This document shows positions 11,301 through 22,800 of a stretch of 64,000 nt of DNA, one piece after another. The notes under the pieces are model-generated. The model worked only from the letters and a program-made list of their open reading frames with translations. It was not told where the DNA came from and ran no database searches. The position numbers and the translations under genes were made by a program. The stretch comes from Felis catus. Taxonomy: Eukaryota. The stretch lies in assembly GCF_018350175.1 (NCBI RefSeq), contig NC_058377.1, forward strand, positions 109,926,001 to 109,990,000, written 5' to 3'. How positions within the stretch are numbered: position 1 is the stretch's first letter; the number at the start of each line of letters is the position of its first letter.

Positions 11301-13798
11301 CACCCCGCCGAACAAGGTGATCTTTTCAGCAGTCATTCCCTCTGGGCCTTTGAAGCCCCTCCTTTGCTCAGGAGTGGGTCTCTGGGACGTCTGTTCCCAT
11401 CTGCGCTCCTCTCCAGGCCATGGGGTTTCACATTTTTGCCATTAAGTTGCTTGCCCGCCCTCCCGCTGTTCCCTCGGTAAGTGGATTTGAAGGGAGCATG
11501 AGCATTATGGGTTGGAATCTGTGCAGGGGAATCTGGGCTCTGTCAAACCAGGAATAACGTGTCCTATTAATGCACGATCAATCCCTAGTAGTAAATTCCC
11601 GGTGACGTCAGGTGTAGGCACTCTGCAGCGGCGCCTCCTCCCCGCCCCGGGCACCCAGGGGCTGCGCGCGCACGGCTGGTGCTTCCAGGATATTCTGCTC
11701 CTGCCTCGGAGCAGACAGCCAATGCCAGGAGCACGTGAGAGTCTTTGAGGATCGCACAGCCTCCCTCACACCTGCCCCTTCCTCCTGTGGCCCCAAGGGG
11801 CCACTGTGCTCTGTTGGTCACATAAGACAGAGAGTTGTGCTCAAGTTATCACTGATCTGTTTCAAGTAAGAGATACTGAAAATGACGTGTTTGGCTGCAG
11901 CTTTTTTCTAAATAACATTCCTTCTCTGCATCTCTGCTGCCTCGAAGGGTAGCATCTGTGTTGGCAGAGGAGCAGGGTTTCAGAAGCGAGTTTTCTGGTG
12001 TAAAAGTGTTAGCAGCTCTGTCTCTGAACGGGGCATTCTCTGACTCTGGAGGCCACCCGGGTCGGGGTGGACAGCCCCTTCCTGGGAGCCACGGGCCACG
12101 GGGCCCCGGAACTCTGTTCTTGGTGCGTTTTAACATAATGGCAGTAAATTGCAGGGTGTGGTACTCAGGTCATGTTAGCATAGAAGCCGTGACATGTGAC
12201 AAGGCCGCCAGAGAGCACCCCCCCCCCCCCCCGCACATCCCGCAAGGAGCCACGTCGTGGCCACCGCACTGACTGTTGGGAGCCTGGGTAGCTTGGGCGT
12301 TTGCGTGGGCGGCGGGGGGGGGGGTGCTTGTGTGCGTGCCACCTAGTGCGTGTCTTTTTCTCCTCCCTGGGCTTGGCCTTTCCGGGTGGCCTTCAGGGTT
12401 GGTCTTTCCCACTTGGTATGCGGCCCTGTTCTCGAGCTGAGGACACTGAGCCCCAGGGCAAGTCATTGAGAAATATTAATAAGAAGCCCCAGGGGACTTC
12501 CTCCTCCGGCTGCCACCTCAGTGCCAGGTTTCCTGGAAATGCCACAGAGGAGCCGCTGCCACAGCCACAGCCTCTGCTCCGCTGGCTTGTTCACTGTCCT
12601 CTCCCAGAGCGTGGCTATTCAAGGCGTGGCCGTGCCAGACCCACCAGGCCCTGCCGCCCCCGTGCCATCCTGCACCGTCCTGGGCGTTCGCAACTCTGGC
12701 ATCCCGGTGACACCCCGGCCTGCCGGGTGCCAGCCGAAGCTGCCCGTAGCCCGCCGGGCTCCCAGGAGAGATGCTGCCCGCTGCCCGCAGCACTGGCAGT
12801 GGACGGAGGGGGAGGCAGCCGGGGTACAAGTCCGGGGTCCTCTGCAGAGGTTGCAGGGGGAGGCCCCTGCCTGGCGAGTCGCCTTTTCTCGGGGAGAGTT
12901 GGACATTTCCTGGCTGCTGTCTCCATGTGGGATGCTGGGCAGGCCACTCAGCTTCTAGCCTAGATTTCCTCACCATCAAAACAAAACAAGCGTGTTTGCC
13001 CCCAGCCCTCGCTAGTCCACACAAGCTGCCGTCTGTGACCCTGTGTGGGAGTCGTCTGTGAGGGCCAGGATCAGCCTCTGTGCCACAGAGCAAGGGACCT
13101 TGCCTTTCTTCTGAACCATGTGGTTCCAGAAGGCACCGGAAGTTCTCCCCCGCAGCCCTCACCCCCTTCCTGCCTGCCTGCCGTCCTGTCACCCCTACCC
13201 ACACTCCGGGCTGCGGGGGAGGATGCGCTCTCCCCCTCAGTGTCAGGCTTGGCCTGCTCCTGGGAGCAGCTGGGGCCAAAGCGAACGGCCCTGGCCGTAG
13301 GCAGCAGGGTCCGGCAGCTCCCTGCCAGACAGGGCAGGCCCTCCTGCCACAGGGCCCTTGCTGCTTCGTCAGGGGCTGGTATCAGGTTCTGTCCCCGCCC
13401 CCCACCCCCCACCCCCCACCCCCCACCCCTGGGTCCTCAGGCTGATGAGCATGAGTGTGGGAGGCTGGTCTGTGAGCCACTCACCTGGCCCCAGCCCTGG
13501 TCAGAGCTCGCCAGTCAGGAGGCCTGGCAGCAGGCGGCACCCTCTGAGGATGTGGGAGGGTGTGGGGCAAAGACCCAAACGAGACCAAATAGCTTATGTT
13601 CTAGAAGAGGTGCAGTCTGGGGGATCGCAGCGGGAGGGCTGCCTCCAGGAGGGGAGCTCTCACAGCAAGGCTAGCTAGCGTCTTAGGACAATTCTGCTGT
13701 GTCCTCTCAGGCTCTCTATTTTTTTATTTTATGTATTCATTTTATTTTTTTTAGAAATTTTTAAAAGTTTATTTATTTTGAGAGAGAGAGAGAGAGCG

Positions 13799-13848
<50 letters not shown>

Positions 13849-16800
13849 TGAGGTGGGGAGGGGCAGAGAGAGAGAGAAGAGAGAATCGCAAGCAGGCTCT
13901 GCACTGACAGTGCAGAGCTGGACTCAGGCCTCGATCTCACGAACCGTGAGATCATGACCTGAAACCAAACCAAGAGTCTGTTGCTTCACCGACTGAGCCA
14001 CCCAGGCGCCCCCTCAGGCTTTTCCACTGGCCAGCGCGGTGGTGACAGTTTAGAAATTTGTTGACGTCCTCATTTCACAAGTGGGCCAACTGGACGGTTA
14101 AAGTCTGTGACTTGGCCTGGCCTCCTCCACGGAGGGGACTTGGGGAGAGCCGTTTGGAACTCAGGCGTGGGTGTCCCCCTGACCGCAAGAGCCAAGGCAG
14201 CCAGGGGCCCTTCCCCAGAGAGACTGAGTGCCTGAGGGTCCTTCTGGCGGGGAGGATGCAGGCGTCTGGCTCTCCTGACAACCCAGAGTTGGTCGGGGAG
14301 CCACGTGCTCCTGTATGTCGGACTTGTTGGCCTGGGTGGGGGCAGAAATGCTGCTCTGGGCTCGTCGCCACCCTAGACTCTGCCAGTATCAGGGAGCGGG
14401 TGTTGCAGATGAAGGTGACCCAGCCCAGGAGGCCACCACTGCTGCCCGTGCCAGCCTGTGTTGCCACCCGGCGGGAATGTGCCCCATAACACGTTTTTCT
14501 AAACTACCGGCTCCCTTGGCCACCAGCCCCATGAGAACAGACAGGAAACCCTAACGCTGTCGCTTTGGGGGCCTTCCATTCAAGGCTTTGCTCAGCCCAA
14601 TCTTGTGTTTGGATGGGGGGGGGGTTGTTTATTTTATTTAGAAAACTTTTTTTTTTCTTTTTAAGGAAGAAAGTGAAGTGCTGTGGGCTGGGAAGAGAGG
14701 CGTCCCATGCAGCTCCAGAGGGGAGGCGGGGTCTGGCCACCGGTGCCCCACTTTCTGCTCTCTCCTGGGCTGACCCCACAGCAGAGCCGCCGGGAAGGGA
14801 GAAGGCTGGGCTGCAGGCTGGCTCCCTCGTCCACGGGCCCTCGGGGAGAGGGCATTTCCCTGGAGGGTCCGGTTCCCAGCCGTTCTGGGGGTCACCGGGT
14901 CCTGTGGTGGGAAGCGGGGGGTGTTCCCATCACGCTGCCTTCCCTAAGCTGGTGTCAGCCACGCTGATTCCCAGGAAGCCAGTTTGGGGCTCAGGGGGGC
15001 TTCCCATCTGGGTCTGAAGCATCTGGACATCATCCCGCTTGACTGCACCTGACCTCCATCTGACCACTCACCTCCGTGGGGGATTGACATTTTGTGATTC
15101 CCCCGGCCCCCACTTTATTACCTTGTCCATCCCCTTCCATAGACCAAAATGTCCCCAAACACAGGATTTGGGTGCAGACATGGCGTGCCAAGAGCTGAGC
15201 CAAGGGGTGGTGAGGATCCAGCCTTCCTGTTCCACCTTACAGGTGAAATCCAGGCACTTGGCCCTTACAGAGCCCCAGGTTCCGAGCCCCTAACTCCTGG
15301 CTGCCCGGTCTCAAGACCCTGCCGGCCCTTCGCTGCCTTGCACTGGGCCCTGGCTGCTACGCTGCACCCCAGCACGCCCCTGGCCTGCCCTCCTGTCCTC
15401 CAAAAAGGAGGTCCTAAGCTCTCCCTCACAGGAAATGAGGGGCTCTGGTCTTTGGGCTGCTGGCCCCAGGGCAGGTGTCTCTAGTTTCTGGCGTGTGTGA
15501 GCACAGAGCAGGCCTTGGAATCAGGCCTCGCCTCCCGAGTGCCTGTGAGTCTCTGTGGGTCCCTGGGGCTGGGGAGATGTGTTCTTGATGGTGGCTGGTG
15601 GAAGCGAGCTGGCATGTGACAGTCAGGAGGGCAGACGGTGCCGGCCTGGGTGAGGACCACATCCTGGCCTCAGGGCCCCTGTCCACTGCAGAGGGCATCC
15701 TTGCTTTCCTGAGGGAACCAGCTCTGAAGTGGCCACCACTTTGGCGTGGGGCCACCAAGCCACCGGCCCTCAGCCGGGAGCTCCGCTCTCGTTGGTTGGA
15801 GTCGCAGGATAGGGACACGGGAGGGCTGTCCTGGTCATCAGCACCCTTCTTGCTGTTGGAGGAGGTCACGGCATCTTCCAGCCTTCTAGGGTGGGGAAGC
15901 AGAGGGGGGAGTCATTTAGATAGCTCTAAAGTCTCCTGTTATCTTGCGTGGCCTTTCCTTGTGTGGCTCAAACTCGAGCGGAAGCCTGGGGGGAGTGGAG
16001 CCTGGGCTTCCGCTCAGACCGTCTCAGAAGGAGAGTGCTGAGCAGAAAAGGGCAGGAGTCCCCCCGCCTCCGAGCATAGGCCCAGCGGCTGGGCAGCGTC
16101 CGTGGGCCACACTGGCCCTACCTGGAACGTTCTCACCTCAGACACCTCTCTCGTGGGCCAGACCATTGCAGGCCTGGGCTGCCATCCCGCTGGCCTGGTC
16201 AACTCCTCTGCCTGCCCGATGGCCCGAGCCTGCTCGCACCCAGCCCTGTTTCTTTCCCTTCTTACTGGCCGTCCCTCTAGTGTCTCACTACCCGGGCTTC
16301 CTCCTGTGGGGCCTCCAGCAGACTCTGCCTTCCCTGGACTGAGCTTCCCAAGCGTCCCTAGCCGAGCTCCCTCCTGCCTGGGATAGCCTCTTGCTCACCT
16401 TGGCCGGGTCTTCCCCTGCTTGTCCCCACATCCACCCGCCTGCCCTGGCCTTTGCCACCTGTTGACATCCTGTTTGCACTGAGGAACCCAGTGAAGTTCC
16501 TCCTCCACACAGCCTCTCGTGATGGCTCAGAACACTCTTCCCTTCCTGAGTGGGTCCTGTCAGGCTTTGTCACACACCGTGTCATGTCTTAGAGCCACGC
16601 ATGCAGAACTTGCGCCCTGGGAGGGCCTGCCTGGAGGTCAGGGGTACGTGGTACCTTCCAGTAGAAAACGTGCAGCAGGCCCTGGTGACCCGCGCTGGGC
16701 TCCAAGAGGGATGCAGGGCCGCAGAGCCCAGACTTTCTGATTCTGGTCCTCACCAGCTGCGACATCTTCTGTCGGTGGCCTGCCGGTGGCCCCACAAATC

Positions 16801-19800
16801 CTAAAGGCCTTGTGAGCATTGCCTGGGCTCAGGTGTGACTGCACAGCTTGGTCCCCGGTACAGGCAGCTAAGAGTGTTCCTCGGGAGCCTGAGCCAGTGG
16901 AGGCGTGACAGGCAGGCCGGCAGGGCTGGTGTACAGGTGACCCAGGAGCGGGGAGGAGGGGACGGTAAGGTCTGTCTCGGGCACAAAGGATAGCCCCGTG
17001 TCTCTTGCCCAGACAGCCCTTGGCGTTGAAGGTGAGCTTTCCGGGTGGGGACCGTTGGGTTGGGCTTTCTATGGTCACAACGGCCAGCCTCTCCCTTGCT
17101 GCCCTCCCGAGCAACCCAGGGACAGAGGGGCATGTTTTTAATTCAGATGTTAGGAACATAGGAGCCGGGGCTTGGTTTTTGTTTCGTCTTGTTATTACTG
17201 TGTAAAAAAACCTGAGATATAATTCACATAACATAAAATTCATCATTTTAAAGAGTGCGGCCCAGTGGGTTTTAGTACAACTCTCACCCTACCTAATTGG
17301 GCAGCTCTCACCCTAATTCCAGAACATTTCCATCACCCCCAAGAAGAAACCCCCTACCTGTTGGCAGTCACTCCTCTTCTGTGCCCCAGCCCCTGGCACC
17401 CACTAATCTGCTCTCTGTAGATTTGCCTGTTCTGGACATGCGACGTAAGTGGCATCATAGAACTGGGGGCCTTTTGTGACTCTCTTTTTTCGTTTCGCTG
17501 CGTGCTAGGGTTCATCCATGTCGTAGCATTTCTGTATATCAGTGCTTTGTCCCACCTTACGGCCGAGCAGTATTCCGTGGTAAGGATAGGCCCCATTTTG
17601 GTTACCCATCATCTGCTGATGGTGAGGCCCGGCTTTTGAGGTTTGGCCAGGTTCCCGAAGCCAGCATGAGGCAGTACTGGGACCGGACTTCTGAGCAGCC
17701 ACCTGCTGGCCACCCTAGCTTTTGGGGACAGAGCCCAGGTGGGCAGGCCCGGGCTGGTAGTTTGCCTTCTTGGAGGGAACAGTGACATTCTGGATCCCGG
17801 GGGGAAGAGGCAGGGCCAGCAGGCCTGGCAGGAGCCCCGGGGGCTCCGGCTCACTGAGGGCACCCCCCCACCCCCGCTGTCTTTCAGCATCCGAAGCGTC
17901 ATGCAGAAGTACCTGGAAGACCGGGGCGAGGTGACCTTTGAGAAGATCTTCTCCCAGAAGCTGGGTGAGTACGAGGTCTGCCAGCCCCAAGGACTTCCCG
18001 CCACCGTCCAGCTGCCCCGGGCCTGGGGCGAGGGGGCAGGAGGACCCTGAGGCCGCTCTCCTGCCCCCACCCCAGCCGGCTGGCCTCTGTTCCCTCCCTG
18101 GAGGTCTGGCCTCCCATCTGATGGGGCAGGGTTGTGACGAGCACCCCGCGTCCCCCCGGGATGGTGACCCACTGTGCCTCCCGGCCCCTGGCGGTCAGCC
18201 CTGGGAGCCCCGTGAAGGGGGTGGGGGCCCAGCAGTCTTCCAGGGCGGCCGGGGAAGTTCCTCCTTTGGGTTTTTGTTTTTGAGAGTTGCAGCTTCCCCT
18301 TGGCGCAGGCACAGCTGCTGCGGGGCCGTTGGTAGAGCTGACAGGAAGGGGCGGGGCCCTTCCTGTGGCGCCTGCCGAGCTGTGGTCTCCCGCCCCCGCC
18401 CCCACGGGCCCTCTTTGAGAGCAACCTGCTTCAGTGGCCCCTCGAGCCTCCTCCTCCAGGGCCCCTGTTTTACAGAGCCGCTGCTGCAGCACTGGCCCAC
18501 GGGGCGAGGTTGGGCTGGGGTGGTTCCCGGGAAGCAGGCTTCGGGCACGCACAGCTCTGGTTCGGCCTTCCCGAGAGGAGAGCAGGATCTCAGCTCTGAA
18601 GTGGGAGTGGCCTGGCCTGGCCTGGCCGGACCAGGCATTGGAAGTCAGTGTTGGGGAGCCAGTGCGTCCAAAAGCACAGTTTGGGTCGGCCCCCTGCCTC
18701 TGCCGTGTGACCCTGGGCACGTGGCTTTACCTCTCTGAGCCTGTTGGTGTCCTCACCTAGGAATTAGGACTCAGAAGCCTTGCTGCCCAGGACTGTTGGA
18801 GGGCCAGATGAGTTGGCCTCAGTGAAAGCCCCTTGCCCACTGGGAAACCCAGGTCACGAGTGACTCAAAGGCCAGGCCGCCTTTACCAGAAGTGACGGCT
18901 GTGTGCTCTGCCGGAGGTGTCCAGGCAGTGCCCCCAAAGAGGCATGGAAGCTATCTAGTGCAAGGCTGGTCACCCATGTCAGGCTGGAGGGAATGGGGAC
19001 TGCCCTTACTTCCCCCTTGCTCTCCAGGGCTGCTCTGGGGCCGGGCCTCGGGCCCCCATTCCCTGGGAGGGGTGAGGCCTGGGAGCCCTTCCCATAGCTT
19101 GTCCCGCCTCTTACTTTCCCCGGTGGCCTCGTGCCCTTCGAGGCCCCACCCCCTGGCCTGTCTTTCCCAGCGCCTCCCAGCGGGTAGTAGAGCCGAACCT
19201 TCTACTCGGCCCACCTGACAGGCCTCCGCCGGTGTGTTTCTGCAACTGTTCCTCAGGGCTGCTGTGAGAATCGGCCAGATACGGCGGGGGCACGATATGG
19301 GGCGTCCAGGGAGAGGGACGTGGGCCCCTTGGGAGGCTGCCCTCCTCCTGCCCGCCATGCTCTGGCCTGACCCAGGTGGATCTGCACCCACACAGCCCGC
19401 CCAGTGGGGTGCGGTGCAGGCCCTAGACGGCAGGGAGAGGGCGGGGAGCCGGAGTCAGCCTCTGCTTCGCCAGAGCGCCCGGAGCACCCATCACATTCCA
19501 GCTGACATCTGGGGTTCTGGGAGACGGGCACCCCACAACCTGAAACTGAGAATCTTCAGCTGGTGACAGCTTTTGGGGCCGCCTCGTCCTGTCCCTGCCT
19601 GGGGCAGAGACCACCTCTGCTGCCTCCTTGGCCAGTTCTGCCCAGGGAGCCCCACGCCCACGCCGCCCGCCCTGATGGGACGGCCAGAGAGGGGCGTGGC
19701 CCCGTGTGACCCAACACACTTGCTTTCAGGGTACCTGCTCTTCCGAGACTTCTGCCTGAAACACCTAGAGGAGGCCAAGCCGTTGGTGGAGTTCTATGAG

Positions 19801-22800
19801 GAGGTGAGGCCCCCGCTGCCTGCAGAGAGGGGAGAAGGTTGGGCTGCTTTCATTCAGTCTCTAAGATGCCTGCTATTGGTGCCTCTGTGTCACCTGTGGG
19901 GATCTTGTCCTCTAGATCAAGAAATACGAGAAGCTGGAGACGGAGGAGGAGCGCTTGGCTCGCAGCCGGGAGGTCTTCGACACCTACATCATGAAGGAGC
20001 TGCTGGCCTGCTCACACGTGAGTGCCGCGGCCAGCCCGTCCCTAGGTCTAGACCCCAGCGCCGGCCCAGAGCGGCCTGGGGTGTGGGCAGGGATGCAGGG
20101 GCCCTGCAGAGGATTCACAGCCACCTCTGTCTTCTGCAGCCCTTCTCGAAAAGTGCCACTGAGCACGTCCAGGGCCACCTGGTGAAGAAGCAGGTTCCTC
20201 CGGATCTCTTCCAGGTGCGTGCTGGGCTTATCCTCGCTGCCTCCCTGCCCAGCCAGGGGCACCCTGGGACCGTTGAGGTCACGGAGCCTGGCCGGCTCCC
20301 AGTCTGGCTCAGTCACCAACCTCCAGCTTCTCCCCTTAGCCATACATTGAAGAGATTTGTCAGAACCTCCGAGGGGATGTGTTCCAGAAATTCATCGAGA
20401 GGTGAGAGCAGAGCATATGCGGGAGGGGCAGGGGAGGAAGAGGCAGCTCTGAGAAGGGGTGTGGATGGTGTGGAGGAGAGAATCCAGGCAGGCGGGTGCC
20501 TGGGCCCCGCCAACGGCCCCATGCAGGGACTCCTGAGAAGTGGGACAGGCTCCTAGCCGCCACCTCCTCCATAGTCCCACCCTGTCCTTCTTAGTGCCAG
20601 GCATCTTCGAGCCCCAGGGGATTCTCCCGGGTGTGAAGGACCACCTAAGTGTCATTCCTTCTCATGGACTGTTGAGCACCTTGCTGGGCCCATCTATGCT
20701 GAGAAGCATCAGGGTGGCACAAAAGGACACACCGTCTTCTTCTGTGGCCCCCGTGGCCAGAGCTGGCCTGGTGGGTGGGAGTTGCAGGCAGATTTCAGCT
20801 TAATGTGAGCAACAGCTTTCTTAGGGTCCCAGCTGCCAGGCAACGGAGGGGGAGTTTCACAGGGGTGAGTGCTGCGTCACTAGAGGTGTACAAGCAGGGA
20901 TGAGATGAGCATTGTCAGGGATACAGTGGGAGGAAGTCCAGGTCAGACCGGAGGTCCTCTTTCCTAAGCTTATCTGAAACCCACTTGGGCCAGCGCTACT
21001 CCTGGGAGTCCAGGAGAGGACATCTGAGGTTCGGGACCCCAGACAATGGCAGTGGTGTGGGGTAGGCTCGTACCCAGCATCATTTTGCCCACTTTCTGAA
21101 GTTCATCTGAGCCCTGGTTCTTCTCTTACAGCGATAAATTCACACGATTTTGCCAGTGGAAGAATGTGGAGCTCAACATCCATGTGAGTGGGCCGGGTGG
21201 GCATGGAAGACTGCCCCCTCCCTTCCACCCTTCCCAGGGAGCTGGGCACCGAAGCTCGGCCGGGGCTGGGCGGGTCAGGGGAGCCTGCCCTTCGGCCCCC
21301 AGGGCGGTGGCTGTGGGCTCAGTGCCAGGATCCCAGTGAGGGTGGCTCAGGGCAGGTAAGTGCGTGGCAAGGGTGGTCCCGGGCCTGGGACTGGCCCCCG
21401 CCGCTGCCTGGGTGTCTCTGCCCTGGGCGCTCTGACCCTGCTTGTTGCCGCCCCACAGCTGACCATGAACGACTTCAGCGTGCACCGCATCATCGGACGA
21501 GGGGGCTTCGGCGAGGTCTATGGGTGCCGGAAGGCCGACACGGGCAAGATGTGAGCGCCAGCTCAGCCAGTGTCGAGCGGGATGCCTGAGGGAGGGGAGG
21601 GCCCCCTGGGGGTGTGCATGGAAGAGCCGAGAGGGGATCGGGGCCCCCGGGTCCTACGTGGGCAGGTCTCTGCAGAGGCTACTGTCTCCCCCCTTTCTGT
21701 GTCGGTGCTGCCGCCCCCCACAGGCCCCCAGAGGCCCCGCCTCACCAGTACTCACCAGTACTCTCTGTCTCTGAGAGTACTCTCAGTACTCTGCCTTCCG
21801 TCTTGCCTCGTCTCAGTGTCCAGTTCTCACCGCAAGAGCCCTGAGGACTTGCCCCCCCCCCCGCCCCCCATGGACCGCCCCCCCAGACACAGCCCCGGGC
21901 TCTGCGCTGAAGGTGCGTGTGGACTGCCTGACCAGCCAGCGCGCCCCCCCCCCCCCACCAGGTACGCCATGAAGTGTCTGGATAAGAAGCGCATCAAGAT
22001 GAAGCAGGGGGAGACCCTGGCCCTGAACGAGCGCATCATGCTGTCCCTCGTCAGCACTGGGGTGAGCCAGGAGGGCCCGGGCAGGTCACTGCAGCAGCCT
22101 CAGGTCCCGGAACCGTGCGCGGCCTCTGCTGACCTGGCCTCCCGTGCCCTCCCAGGACTGCCCGTTCATCGTGTGCATGTCGTACGCATTCCACACGCCG
22201 GACAAGCTCAGCTTCATCCTTGATCTCATGAACGGTGAGTGCGCGGCCTGGCCCCCGGTGGGCCGCGGGGCTGGGGGCTGGGACGGGCAGCTGAGCGCCA
22301 CCCTGCGGGGCTGCCTCCCTCAGGCGGGGACCTGCACTACCACCTGTCCCAGCACGGGGTTTTCTCCGAGGCCGACATGCGCTTCTACGCGGCCGAGATC
22401 ATCCTGGGCCTGGAGCACATGCACAACCGCTTCGTTGTCTATCGGGACCTGAAGGTGAGGCTCTGCCCCCCCCCCCCCCCCTCCACGCCACTGGCCCGCC
22501 TGGCCCAGAGCAGTGGCGTCTGGGACAGAGTCGGCTGGCTGCTCCCTTCTTCACCGGCCCCCCTACCCCGCCATTTTCTGGACTCCGGTTGTAGCTGGGG
22601 AAAGGAGGGGAAGACCCCCCCCGGGGCCTTGTCCCTGGACACCCACGACACTCCAGGGTGAGGACGGTGACCTAGCTGGCATCTTGCCTGGCCAGGCCCT
22701 GTCCTGAGTCACCCTTGAGGCTGCTCACTGGGCTTCCCCCACAGCCAGCCAACATCCTTCTGGACGAGCACGGTCACGTGCGCATCTCGGACCTCGGCCT

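Noticed and set aside
11719-11737. Possible ER-stress element (CCAAT…CACG) in GRK2 intron 1
   Set aside because: ERSE needs CCAAT-N9-CCACG; here it is CCAAT-N7-GCACG.
14620-14680. Forkhead (TGTTTAT) plus IRF-like (GAAAGTGAAG) motifs in GRK2 intron 1
   Set aside because: Short, imperfect motifs beside poly-T/poly-G runs; expected by chance without conservation data.
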